A DNA stretch of 64,000 nucleotides, from assembly GCA_964016885.1 (NCBI GenBank), contig OZ024743.1:201252001-201316000 (forward strand), given 5' to 3'. Position numbers and translations under genes: made by a program. This document shows, one piece after another, positions 51,001 to 63,508 of the stretch (position 1 is its first letter; every line of letters begins with the position of its first letter). The stretch comes from Eledone cirrhosa (lineage: Eukaryota). The notes under the pieces were generated by a model that saw only the letters and a program-made list of their open reading frames with translations, did no database searches and had not been told where the DNA came from.

Positions 51001-54000
51001 GTGCTGTTGTTGTGGGTGGTGGTGCTGTTGTTGGTGGTGGTGCTGTTGTTGGTAATGGTGCTGTTGTTGTTGGTGGTGCTGTTGTTGGTGGTGGTGCTGT
51101 TGTTGGTGGTGGTGCTGTTGTTGGTGGTGGTGCTGTTGTTGTTGGTGGTGCTGTTGTTGGTGGTGCTGTTGTTGGTGGTGGTGCTGTTGTTGGCGGTGCT
51201 GTTGTTGGTGGTGGTGGTGTTGGTGGTGGTGCTGTTGTTGGTGGTGGTGCTGTTGTTGGTGGTGCTGTTGTTGGTGGTGGTGCTGTTGTTGTTGGTGGTG
51301 CTGTTGTTGGTGGTGGTGCTGTTGTTGGTGGTGGTGCTGTTGTTGTTGGTGGTGCTGTTGTTGGTGGTGGAGCTGTTGTTGGTGGTGCTGTGGTTGGTGG
51401 TGGTGCTGTTGTTGTTGGTGGGGCTGTTGTTGTTGGTGGGGCTGTTGTTGGTGGTGGTGCTGTTGTTGGTGGTGGTGCTGTTGTTGGTGGTGCTGTTGTT
51501 GGTGGTGGTGCTGTTGTTGGTGGTGGTGCTGTTGTTGGTGGTGGTGCTGTTGTTGTTGGTGGTGCTGTTGTTGTTGGTGGTGCTGTTGTTGGTGGTGGTG
51601 CTGTTGTTGGTGGTGGTGCTGTTGTTGGTGGTGCTGTTGTTGGTGGTGGTGCTGTTGTTGGTGGTGGTGCTGTTGTTGTTGGTGGTGCTGTTGTTGGTGG
51701 TGGTGCTGTTGTTGGTGGTGGTGCTGTTGTTGTTGGTGGTGCTGTTGTTGTTGGTGGTGCTGTTGTTGTGGGTGGTGGTGCTGTTGTTGGTGGTGGTGCT
51801 GTTGTTGGTAATGGTGCTGTTGTTGTTGGTGGTGCTGTTGTTGGTGGTGCTGTTGTTGGTGGTGCTGTTGTTGGTGGTGGTGCTGTTGTTGGCGGTGCTG
51901 TTGTTGGTGGTGGTGGTGTTGGTGGTGGTGCTGTTGTTGGTGGTGGTGCTGTTGTTGGTGGTGGTGCTGTTGTTGGTGGTGGTGCTGTTGTTGTTGGTGG
52001 GGCTGTTGTTGTTGTTGGTGGGGCTGTTGTTGGTGGTGGTGCTGTTGTTGGTGGTGCTGTTGTTGGTGGTGCTGTTGTTGTTGGTGGGGCTGTTGTTGTT
52101 GGTGGTGCTGTTGTTGTTGGTGGTGCTGTTGTTGGTGGTGCTGTTGTTGTTGGTGGTGCTGTTGTTGGTGGTGGTGCTGTTGTTGGTGGTGGGGCTGTTG
52201 TTGGTGGTGCTGTTGTTGTTGGTGGGACTGTTGTTGTTGGTGGGGCTGTTGTTGGTGGTGCTGTTGTTGTTGGTGGTGGTGCTGTTGTTGGTGGTGGTGC
52301 TGTTGTTGTTGGTGGTGGGGCTGTTGTTGGTGGTGCTGTTGTTGTTGGTGGTGGTGCTGTTGTTGGTGGGGCTGTTGTTGGTGGGGCTGTTGTTGTTGGT
52401 GGTGCTGTTGTTGGTGGTGCTGTTGTTGGTGGTGGTGCTGTTGTTGTTGGTGGTGCTGTTGTTGGTGGGGCTGTTGTTGTTGGTGGTGCTGTTGTTGTTG
52501 GTGGTGGGGCTGTTGTTGGTGGTAATGTTGTTGGTGGGGCTGTTGTTGTTGGTGGTGCTGTTGTTGGTGGTGCTGTTGTTGGTGGTGGTGCTGTTGTTGG
52601 TGGGGCTGTTGTTGTTGGTGGTGCTGTTGTTGGTGGTGCTGTTGTTGTTGGTGGGGCTGTTGTTGGTGGTGGTGTTGTTGTTGGTGGTGGGGCTGTTGTT
52701 GGTGGTGCTGTTGTTGTTGGTGGGGCTGTTGTTGGTGGTGCTGTTGTTGTTGGTGGTGCTGTTGTTGGTGGTGCTGTTGTTGTTGGTGGTGCTGTTGTTG
52801 TTGGTGGGGCTGTTGTTGTTGGTGGGGCTGTTGTTGGTGGTGCTGTTGTTGTTGGTGGTGGTGCTGTTGTTGTTGGTGTTGCTGTTGTTGTTGGTGGGGC
52901 TGTTGTTGTTGGTGGTGCTGTTGTTGGTGGTGGAGCTGTTGGTGGTGGTGGTGCTGTTGGTGGTGGTGCTGTTGTTGGTGGTGCTGTTGTTGGTGGTGGT
53001 GCTGTTGTTGTTGGTGGTGCTGTTGTTGGTGGTGGTGCTGTTGGTGGTGGTGCTGTTGTTGTTGGTGGTGCTGTTGTTGTTGGTGGTGCTGTTGTTGTTG
53101 GTGGTGCTGTTGTTGGTGGTGGTGCTGTTGTTGTTGGTGGTGCTGTTGTTGGTGGTGGTGCTGTTGGTGGTGGTGCTGTTGTTGGTGGTGCTGTTGTTGG
53201 TGGTGGTGCTGTTGTTGTTGGTGGTGCTGTTGTTGTTGGTGGTGCTGTTGTTGTTGGTGGTGCTGTTGTTGGTGGTGGTGCTGTTGGTGGTGGTGCTGTT
53301 GTTGGTGGTGCTGTTGTTGGTGGTGGTGCTGTTGTTGTTGGTGGTGCTGTTGTTGGTGGTGCTGTTGTTGTTGGTGGTGCTGTTGTTGTTGGTGGTGGTG
53401 CTGTTGTTGTTGGTGGTGCTGTTGTTGGTGGTGCTGTTGGTGGTGGTGGTGCTGTTGTTGTTGGTGGTGCTGTTGTTGTTGGTGGTGTTGTTGTTGGTGG
53501 TGCTGTTGGTGGTGGTGCTGTTGTTGGTGGTAGTGCTGTTGTTGGTGGTGCTGTTGTTGGTGGTGGTGCTGTTGTTGTTGGTGGTGCTGTTGTTGGTGGT
53601 GGGGCTGTTGTTGGTGGTGGTGCTGTTGTTGTTGGTGGTGGTGTTGTTGGTGGTGGTGCTGTTGTTGGTGGTGGTGTTGTTGTTGGTGGTGGTGTTGTTG
53701 TTGGTGGTGGTGCTGTTGGTGGTGGTGCTGTTGTTGGTGGTGGTGCTGTTGTTGGTGGTGGGGCTGTTGTTGGTGGTGGTGCTGTTGTTGGTGGTGGTGT
53801 TGTTGTTGGTGGTGGTGCTGTTGGTGGTGGTGCTGTTGTTGGTGGTGGTGCTGTTGTTGGTGGTGCTGTTGTTGGTGGTGGTGCTGTTGTTGGTGGTGGT
53901 GCTGTTGTTGGTGGTGGTGCTGTTGTTGGTGGTGGTGCTGTTGTTGGTGGTGGAGCTGTTGTTGGTGGTGCTGTTGTTGTTGGTGGTGCTGTTGTTGTTG

Positions 54001-56211
54001 GTGGTGCTGTTGTTGTTGGTGGGGCTGTTGTTGGTGGTGGTGCTGTTGTTGGTAATGGTGCTGTTGTTGTTGGTGGTGCTGTTGTTGGTAATGGTGCTGT
54101 TGTTGGTGGTGGTGCTGTTGTTGGTGGTGGTGCTGTTGTTGTTGGTGTTGCTGTTGTTGTTGGTGGGGCTGTTGTTGGTAATGGTGCTGTTGTTGGTGGT
54201 GGTGCTGTTGTTGGTAATGGTGCTGTTGTTGGTGGTGGTGCTGTTGTTGGTGGTGGTGCTGTTGTTGTTGGTGTTGCTGTTGTTGTTGGTGGGGCTGTTG
54301 TTGTTGGTGGTGCTGTTGTTGGTGGTGGTGCTGTTGTTGGTGGTGGTGCTGTTGTTGTTGGTGTTGCTGTTGTTGTTGGTGGGGCTGTTGTTGTTGGTGG
54401 TGCTGTTGTTGGTGGTGGTGCTGTTGTTGTTGGTGGTGCTGTTGTTGGTGGTGGTGCTGTTGTTGGTGGTGGTGCTGTTGTTGGTGGTGGGGCTGTTGTT
54501 GGTGGTGGTGCTGTTGTTGGTGGTGGGGCTGTTGTTGGTGGTGGTGGTGTTGTTGTTGGTGGTGCTGTTGTTGGTGGTGGTGCCGTTGTTGGTGGTGGTG
54601 CTGTTGTTGGTGGTGGTGCTGTTGTTGGTGGTGGTGCCGTTGTTGGTGGTGGTGCTGTTGTTGGTGGTGGTGCTGTTGTTGGTGGTGGGGCTGTTGTTGG
54701 TGGTGGTGGTGTTGTTGTTGGTGGTGCTGTTGGTGGTGTTGGTGCTGTTGTTGGTGGTGGGGCTGTTGTTGGTGGTGGTGCCGTTGTTGGTGGTGGTGCT
54801 GTTGTTGGTGGTGGTGCTGTTGTTGGTGGTGGTGCTGTTGTTGGTGGTGTTGCTGTTGTTGTTGGTGGTGCTGTTGTTGGTGGTGGTGCTGTTGTTGGTG
54901 GTGGTGCTGTTGTTGTTGGTGTTGCTGTTGTTGTTGGTGGGGCTGTTGTTGTTGGTGGTGCTGTTGTTGGTGGTGGTGCTGTTGTTGGTGGTGGTGCTGT
55001 TGTTGGTGGTGGGGCTGTTGTTGGTGGTGGTGCTGTTGTTGGTGGTGCTGTTGTTGGTGGTGGTGGTGCTGTTGTAGGTGGTGCTGTTGTTGTTGGTGGG
55101 GCTGTTGTTGTTGGTGGTGCTGTTGTTGGTGGTGGTGCTGTTGTTGGTGGTGGTGCTGTTGTAGGTGGTGCTGTTGTTGTTGGTGGGGCTGTTGTTGTTG
55201 GTGTTGCTGTTGTTGTTGGTGGGGCTGTTGTTGTTGGTGTTGCTGTTGTTGGTGGTGGTGCTGTTGTTGTTGGTGTTGCTGTTGTTGTTGGTGGGGCTGT
55301 TGTTGTTGGTGGTGCTGTTGTTGGTGGTGGTGCTGTTGTTGGTGGTGGTGCTGTTGTTGGTGGTGGGGCTGTTGTTGGTGGTGGTGGTGTTGTTGTTGGT
55401 GGTGCTGTTGTTGGTGGTGGTGCTGTTGTTGGTGGTGGTGCTGTTGTTGTTGGTGTTGCTGTTGTTGTTGGTGGGGCTGTTGTTGTTGGTGGTGCTGTTG
55501 TTGGTGGTGGTGCTGTTGTTGGTGGTGGTGCTGTTGTTGTTGGTGTTGCTGTTGTTGTTGGTGGTGCTGTTGTTGGTGGTGGTGCTGTTGTTGGTGGTGG
55601 TGCTGTTGTTGTTGGTGGTGCTGTTGTTGTTGGTGGGGCTGTTGTTGTTGTTGGTGTTGTTGTTGGTGGTGGAGCTGTGGTTGGTGGTGGTGCTGTGGTT
55701 GGTGGTGGTGCTGTTGTTGGTGGTGCTGTTGTTGTTGGTGGTGCTGTTGTTGTTGGTGGTGCTGTTGTTGTTGGTGGTGCTGTTGTTGTTGGTGGTGGTG
55801 TTGTTGTTGGTGGTGCTGTTGTTGTTGGTGGTGCTGTTGTTGTTGGTGGTGCTGTTGTTGGTGGTGGGGCTGTTTTTGGTGGTGCTGCTGTTGTTGATAT
55901 TGGTGGTGCTGTTGTTGTTGGTGGTGGTGTTGTTGTTGGTGGTGCTGTTGTTGGTGGTGGTGCTGTTGTTGGTGGTGGTGCTGTTGTTGTTGGTGTTGCT
56001 GTTGTTGTTGGTGGGGCTGTTGTTGTTGTTGGTGTTGTTGTTGGTGGTGGTGCTGTTGTGGTGGGGCTGTTGTTGTTGGTGGGGCTGTTGTTGTTGGTGG
56101 GGCTGTTGTTGTTGGTGGTGCTGTTGTTGGTGGTGGTGCTGTTGTTGGTGGTGGTGTTGTTGTTGGTGGTGTTGTTGTTGTTGGTGGTGGTGGTGCTGTT
56201 GCTGTTGGTGG

Positions 56212-56242
<31 letters not shown>

Positions 56243-57996
56243 GCTGTTGTTGTTGGTGGTACTGTTGTTGTTGGTGGTACTGTTGTTGTTGGTGGTGCTG
56301 TTGTTGTTGGTGGTGCTGTTGTTGTTGGTGGTGCTGTTGTTGGTGGTGGTGTTGTTGTTGGTGGTACTGTTGTTGTTGGTGGTGCTGTTGTTGTTGGTGG
56401 TGCTGTTGTTGGTGGTGGTGTTGTTGTTGGTGGTGGTGTTGTTGTTGGTGGTGCTGTGGTTGGTGGTGGTGCTGTTGTTGTTGGTGGTGCTGTTGTTGGT
56501 GGTGGTGCTGTTGTTGGTGGTGGTGCTGTTGTTAGTGGTGGTGTTGTTGTTGGTGGTGCTGTTGTTGTTGGTGGTGCTGTTGTTGTTGGTGGTGCTGTGG
56601 TTGGTGGTGGTGCTGTTGTTGTTGGTGGAGCTGTTGTTGTTGGTGGTGGTGTTGTTGTTGGTGGTGGTGTTGTTGTTGGGGGTGCTGTTGTTGGTGGTGG
56701 TGCTGTTGTTGTTGGTGGTGCTGTTGTTGGTGGTGGTGTTGTTGTTGGTGGTGCTGTTGTTGGTGGTGGTGTTGTTGTTGGGGGTGCTGTTGTTGGTGGT
56801 GGTGCTGTTGTTGTTGGTGGTGCTGTTGTTGGTGGTGGTGTTGTTGTTGGTGGTGTTGTTGTTGGTGGTGCTGTTGTTGGTGGTGGTGCTGTTGTTGGTG
56901 GTGGTGCTGTTGTTGTTGGTGCTGTTGTTGTTGGTGGTGCTGTTGTTGGTGGTGCTGTTGTTGGTGGTGGTGCTGTTGTTGGTGGTGCTGTGGTTGGTGG
57001 TGGTGCTGTTGTTGTTGGTGGTGCTGTTGTTGTTGGTGGTGCTGTTGTTGTTGGTGGTGCAGTTGTTGGTGGTGGTGCTGTTGTTGGTGGTGGTGCTATT
57101 GTTGGTGGTGCTGTTGTTGGTGGTGGTGCTGTTGTTGGTGGTGGTGTTGTTGGTGGTGCTGTTGTTGGTGGTGGTGGTGTTGTTGTTGGTGGTGCTGTTG
57201 TTGGTGGTGCTGTTGTTGGTGGTGGTGCTGTTGTTGGTGGTGGTGGTGTTGTTGGTGGTGGTGCTGTTGTTGGTGGTGGTGCTGTTGTTGGTGGTGCTGT
57301 TGTTGGTGGTGGTGCTGTTGTTGGTGGTGGTGTTGTTGGTGGTGGTGCTGTTGTTGGTGGTGGTGCTGTTGTTGGTGGTGCTGTTGTTGGTGGTGGTGGT
57401 GTTGTTGTTGGTGGTGCTGTTGTTGGTGGTGCTGTTGTTGGTGGTGGTGCCGTTGTTGGTGGTGGTGGTGTTGTTGTTGGTGGTGCTGTTGTTGGTGGTG
57501 CTGTTGTTGGTGGTGGTGCTGTTGTTGGTGGTGGTGCTGTTGTTGTTGGTGGTGGTGCTGTTGTTGTTGGTGGTGCTGTTGTTGGTGGTGCTGTTGTTGG
57601 TGGTGGTGCTGTTGTTGGTGGTGGTGCTGTTGTTGTTGTTGGTGGTGCTGTTGTTGGTGGTGGTGCTGTTGTTGTTGGTGGTGCTGTTGTTGTTGTTGGT
57701 GGTGCTGTTGTTGGTGGTGCTGTTGTTGGTGGTGGTGCTGTTGTTGGTGGTGGTGCTGTTGTTGTTGTTGGTGGTGCTGTTGTTGGTGGTGGTGCTGTTG
57801 TTGTTGGTGGTGCTGTTGTTGTTGTTGGTGGTGCTGTTGTTGGTGGTGCTGTTGTTGGTGGTGGTGCTGTTGTTGGTGGTGGTGCTGTTGTTGTTGTTGG
57901 TGGTGCTGTTGTTGGTGGTGGTGCTGTTGTTGTTGGTGGTGCTGTTGTTGGTGGTGGTGTTGTTGTTGGTGGTGGTGGTGCTGTGGCTGTTGGTGG

Positions 57997-58027
<31 letters not shown>

Positions 58028-58316
58028 GCTGTTGTTGTGGTGGTGCTGTTGTTGTTGGTGGTGCTGTTGTTGTTGGTGGTGCTGTTGTTGTTGGTGGTGC
58101 TGTTGTTGGTGGTGGTGTTGTTGTTGGTGGTAATGTTGTTGTTGGTGGTGCTGTGGTTGGTGGTGGTGCTGTTGTTGGTGGTGGTGCTGTTGTTGGTGGT
58201 GGTGCTGTTGTTGTTGTTGGTGGTGCTGTTGTTGGTGGTGGTGCTGTTGTTGTTGGTGGTGCTGTTGTTGGTGGTGTTGTTGTTGTTGGTGGTGGTGGTG
58301 CTGTTGCTGTTGGTGG

Positions 58317-58347
<31 letters not shown>

Positions 58348-61300
58348 GCTGTTGTTGTGGTGGTGCTGTTGTTGTTGGTGGTGGTGCTGTTGTTGTTGGT
58401 GGTGCTGTTGTTGGTGGTGTTGTTGTTGGTGGTGGTGTTGTTGTTGGTGGTGCTGTGGTTGGTGGTGGTGCTGTTGTTGTTGGTGGTGCTGTTGTTGGTG
58501 GTGGTGCTGTTGTTGGTGGTGGTGCTGTTGTTGGTGGTGGTGCTGTTGTTAGTGGTGGTGTTGTTGTTGGTGGTGGTGTTGTTGTTGGTGGTGCTGTGGT
58601 TGGTGGTGGTGGTGGTGTTGTTGGTGGTGGTGTTGTTGTTGGTGGTGCTGTTGTTGGTGGTGTTGTTGTTGTTGTGGTGGTGCTGTTGTTGTTGTGGTGG
58701 TGCTGTTGTTGTTGGTGGTGGTGCTGTTGTTGTTGGTGGTGCTGTTGTTGTTGGTGGTGCTGTTGTTGGTGGTGCTGTTGTTGGTGGTGGTGCTGTTGTT
58801 GGTGCTGGTGCTGTTGTTGGTGGTGGTGCTGTTGTCGGTGGTGGTGGGGCTGTTGTTGGTGGTGGTGCTGTTGTTGATGTTGGTGTTGCTGTTGTTGGTG
58901 GTGGGGCTGTTGTTGTTGGTGGTGCTGTTGTTGTTGGTGGTGCTGTTGTTGGTGGTGCTGTTGTTGGTGGTGGTGCTGTTATTGTTGGTGGTGCTGTTGT
59001 TGTTGGTGGTGGTGTTGTTGGTGGTGCTGTTGTTGGTGGTGGTGCTGTTGTTGTTGGTGGTGGTGCTGTTGATGGTGGTGTTGTTGTTGGTGGTGGTGCT
59101 GTTGATGGTGGGGCTGTTGTTGGTGGTGGTGCTGTTGTCGGTGGTGGTGGGGCTGTTGTTGGTGGTGGTGCTGTTGTTGATGTTGGTGTTGCTGTTGTTG
59201 TTGGTGGGGCTGTTGTTGTTGGTGGTGCTGTTGTTGTTGGTGGTGCTGTTGTTGGTGGTGGTGCTGTTATTGTTGGTGGTGCTGTTGTGTTGGTGGTGGT
59301 GTTGTTGGTGGTGCTGTTGTTGGTGGTGGTGCTGTTGTTGTTGGTGGTGGTGCTGTTGATGGTGGTGTTGTTGTTGGTGGTGGTGCTGTTGATGGTGGGG
59401 CTGTTGTTGGTGGTGGTGCTGTTGTTGATGTTGGTGGTGCTGTTGTTGTTGGTGGTGCTGTTGTTGTTGGTGGTGTTGTTGTTGGTGGTGCTGTTGTTGG
59501 TGGTGGTGCTGTTGGTGGTGGTGCTGTTGTTGGTGGTGCTGTTGTTGGTGGTGGTGCTGTTGTTGTTGGTGGTGCTGTTGTTGGTGGTGCTGTTGTTGTT
59601 GGTGGTGCTGTTGTTGTTGGTGGTGGTGCTGTTGTTGTTGGTGGTGCTGTTGTTGGTGGTGCTGTTGGTGGTGGTGGTGCTGTTGTTGTTGGTGGTGCTG
59701 TTGTTGTTGGTGGTGTTGTTGTTGTTGGTGGTGCTGTTGGTGGTGGTGCTGTTGTTGGTGGTAGTGCTGTTGTTGGTGGTGCTGTTGTTGGTGGTGGTGC
59801 TGTTGTTGTTGGTGGTGCTGTTGTTGGTGGTGGGGCTGTTGTTGGTGGTGGTGCTGTTGTTGGTGGTGCTGTTGTTGGTGGTGGTGCTGTTGTTGTTGGT
59901 GGTGCTGTTGTTGTTGGTGGTGGTGATGTTGTTGTTGGTGGTGCTGTTGTTGGTGGTGCTGTTGTTGGTGGTGGTGCTGTTGTTGGTGGTGGTGTTGTTG
60001 TTGGTGGTGGTGCTGTTGTTGGTGATGCTGTTGTTGGTGGTGGTGCTGTTGTTGGTGGTGGTGTTGCTGTTGGTGGTGGTGCTGTTGGTGGTGGTGCTGT
60101 TGTTGGTGGTGGTGCTGTTGTTGGTGGTGCTGTTGTTGGTGGTGGTGCTGTTGTTGGTGGTGGTGCTGTTGTTGGTGGTGGTGCTGTTGTTGGTGGTGGT
60201 GCTGTTGTTGGTGGTGGAGCTGTTGTTGGTGGTGCTGTTGTTGTTGGTGGTGCTGTTGTTGATATTGGTGGTGTTATTGTTGGTGGTGCTGTTGTTGGTG
60301 GTGGTGCTGTTGTTGGTGGTGCTGTTGTTGTTGGTGGTGCTGTTGTTGGTAATGGTGCTGTTGTTGTTGGTGGTGCTGTTGTTGGTGGTGGTGCTGTTGT
60401 TGTTGGTGTTGCTGTTGTTGTTGGTGGGGCTGTTGTTGGTAATGGTGCTGTTGTTGGTGGTGGTGCTGTTGTTGGTAATGGTGCTGTTGTTGTTGGTGGT
60501 GCTGTTGTTGGTAATGGTGCTGTTGTTGTTGGTGGTGCTGTTGTTGGTAATGGTGCTGTTGTTGGTGGTGGTGCTGTTGTTGGTAATGGTGCTGTTGTTG
60601 TTGGTGGTGCTGTTGTTGGTAATGGTGCTGTTGTTGGTGGTGGTGCTGTTGTTGGTGGTGGTGCTGTTGTTGTTGGTGTTGCTGTTGTTGTTGGTGGGGC
60701 TGTTGTTGGTAATGGTGCTGTTGTTGGTGGTGGTGCTGTTGTTGGTAATGGTGCTGTTGTTGGTGGTGGTGCTGTTGTTGGTGGTGGTGCTGTTGTTGTT
60801 GGTGTTGCTGTTGTTGTTGGTGGGGCTGTTGTTGTTGGTGGTGCTGTTGTTGGTGGTGGTGCTGTTGTTGGTGGTGGTGCTGTTGTTGTTGGTGTTGCTG
60901 TTGTTGTTGGTGGGGCTGTTGTTGTTGGTGGTGCTGTTGTTGGTGGTGGTGCTGTTGTTGTTGGTGGTGCTGTTGTTGGTGGTGGTGCTGTTGTTGGTGG
61001 TGGTGCTGTTGTTGGTGGTGGGGCTGTTGTTGGTGGTGGTGCTGTTGTTGGTGGTGGGGCTGTTGTTGGTGGTGGTGGTGTTGTTGTTGGTGGTGCTGTT
61101 GTTGGTGGTGGTGCTGTTGTTGTTGGTGGGGCTGTTGTTGTTGGTGGTGCTGTTGTTGTTGGTGGTGCTGTTGTTGGTGGTGGTGCTGTTGTTGGTGGTG
61201 GTGCTGTTGTTGGTGGTGGGGCTGTTGTTGGTGGTGGTGCTGTTGTTGGTGGTGGGGCTGTTGTTGGTGGTGGTGGTGTTGTTGTTGGTGGTGCTGTTGT

Positions 61301-63477
61301 TGTTGGTGTTGCTGTTGTTGTTGGTGGGGCTGTTGTTGTTGGTGGTGCTGTTGTTGGTGGTGGTGCCGTTGTTGGTGGTGGTGCTGTTGTTGGTGGTGGT
61401 GCTGTTGTTGGTGGTGGGGCTGTTGTTGGTGGTGGTGGTGTTGTTGTTGGTGGTGCTGTTGTTGGTGGTGGTGCTGTTGTTGTTGGTGTTGCTGTTGTTG
61501 TTGGTGGTGCTGTTGTTGTTGGTGGTGCTGTTGTTGGTGGTGGTGCTGTTGTTGGTGGTGGTGCTGTTGTTGGTGGTGGGGCTGTTGTTGGTGGTGGTGC
61601 TGTTGTTGGTGGTGGGGCTGTTGTTGGTGGTGGTGGTGTTGTTGTTGGTGGTGCTGTTGTTGTTGGTGTTGCTGTTGTTGTTGGTGGGGCTGTTGTTGTT
61701 GGTGGTGCTGTTGTTGGTGGTGGTGCCGTTGTTGGTGGTGGTGCTGTTGTTGGTGGTGGTGCTGTTGTTGGTGGTGGGGCTGTTGTTGGTGGTGGTGGTG
61801 TTGTTGTTGGTGGTGCTGTTGTTGGTGGTGGTGCTGTTGTTGGTGGTGGTGCTGTTGTTGTTGGTGTTGCTGTTGTTGTTGGTGGAGCTGTTGTTGTTGG
61901 TGGTGCTGTTGTTGGTGGTGGTGCTGTTGTTGGTGGTGGTGCTGTTGTTGTTGGTGTTGCTGTTGTTGTTGGTGGGGCTGTTGTTGTTGGTGGTGCTGTT
62001 GTTGGTGGTGGTGCTGTTGTTGGTGGTGGTGCTGTTGTTGGTGGTGGGGCTGTTGTTGGTGGTGGTGCTGTTGTTGGTGGTGCTGTTGTTGGTGGTGGTG
62101 CTGTTGTTGGTGGTGGGGCTGTTGTTGGTGGTGGTGCTGTTGTTGGTGGTGCTGTTGTTGTTGGTGGTGCTGTTGTTGGTGGTGGTGCTGTTGTAGGTGG
62201 TGCTGTTGTTGTTGGTGGGGCTGTTGTTGTTGGTGTTGCTGTTGTTGTTGGTGGGGCTGTTGTTGTTGGTGTTGCTGTTGTTGGTGGTGGTGCTGTTGTT
62301 GTTGGTGTTGCTGTTGTTGTTGGTGGGGCTGTTGTTGTTGGTGGTGCTGTTGTTGGTGGTGGTGCTGTTGTTGGTGGTGGTGCTGTTGTTGGTGGTGGGG
62401 CTGTTGTTGGTGGTGGTGGTGTTGTTGTTGGTGGTGCTGTTGTTGGTGGTGGTGCTGTTGTTGATGGTGGTGCTGTTGTTGGTGGTGTTGCTGTTGTTGT
62501 TGGTGGGGCTGTTGTTGTTGGTGGTGCTGTTGTTGGTGGTGGTGCTGTTGTTGGTGGTGGTGCTGTTGTTGTTGGTGTTGCTGTTGTTGTTGGTGGTGCT
62601 GTTGTTGGTGGTGCTGTTGTTGTTGGTGGTGCTGTTGTTGTTGGTGGTGCTGTTGTTGTTGGTGGTGCTGTTGTTGTTGGTGGTGCTGTTGTTGTTGGTG
62701 GTGCTGTTGTTGTTGGTGGTGGTGTTGTTGTTGGTGGTGCTGTTGTTGTTGGTGGTGCTGTTGTTGTTGGTGGTGCTGTTGTTGTTGGTGGTGCTGTTGT
62801 TGTTGGTGGTGGTGTTGTTGTTGGTGGTGCTGTTGTTGTTGGTGGTGCTGTTGTTGTTGGTGGTGCTGTTGTTGGTGGTGGGGCTGTTTTTGGTGGTGCT
62901 GCTGTTGTTGATATTGGTGGTGCTGTTGTTGTTGGTGGTGGTGTTGTTGTTGGTGGTGCTGTTGTTGGTGGTGGTGCTGTTGTTGGTGGTGGTGCTGTTG
63001 TTGTTGGTGTTGCTGTTGTTGTTGGTGGGGCTGTTGTTGTTGTTGGTGTTGTTGTTGGTGGTGGAGCTGTTGTTGGTGGTGGAGCTGTTGTTGGTGGTGG
63101 TGTTGTCGTTGGTGGTGCTGTTGTTGTTGGTGGTGGTGCTGTTGGTGGTGGTGGTGCTGTTGTTGTTGGTGGTGCTGTTGTTGTTGGTGGTGGTGCTGTT
63201 GTTGGTGGTGGTGCTGTTGTTGTTGGTGGTGCTGTTGTTGGTGGTGGAGCTGTTGTTGGTGGTGGTGTTGTTGTTGTTGGTGGTGCTGTTGTTGTTGGTG
63301 GTGCTGTTGTTGGTGGTGCTGTTGTGGTGGGGCTGTTGTTGTTGGTGGGGCTGTTGTTGTTGGTGGGGCTGTTGTTGTTGGTGGTGCTGTTGTTGGTGGT
63401 GGTGCTGTTGTTGGTGGTGGTGTTGTTGTTGGTGGTGTTGTTGTTGTTGGTGGTGGTGGTGCTGTTGCTGTTGGTGG

Positions 63478-63508
<31 letters not shown>
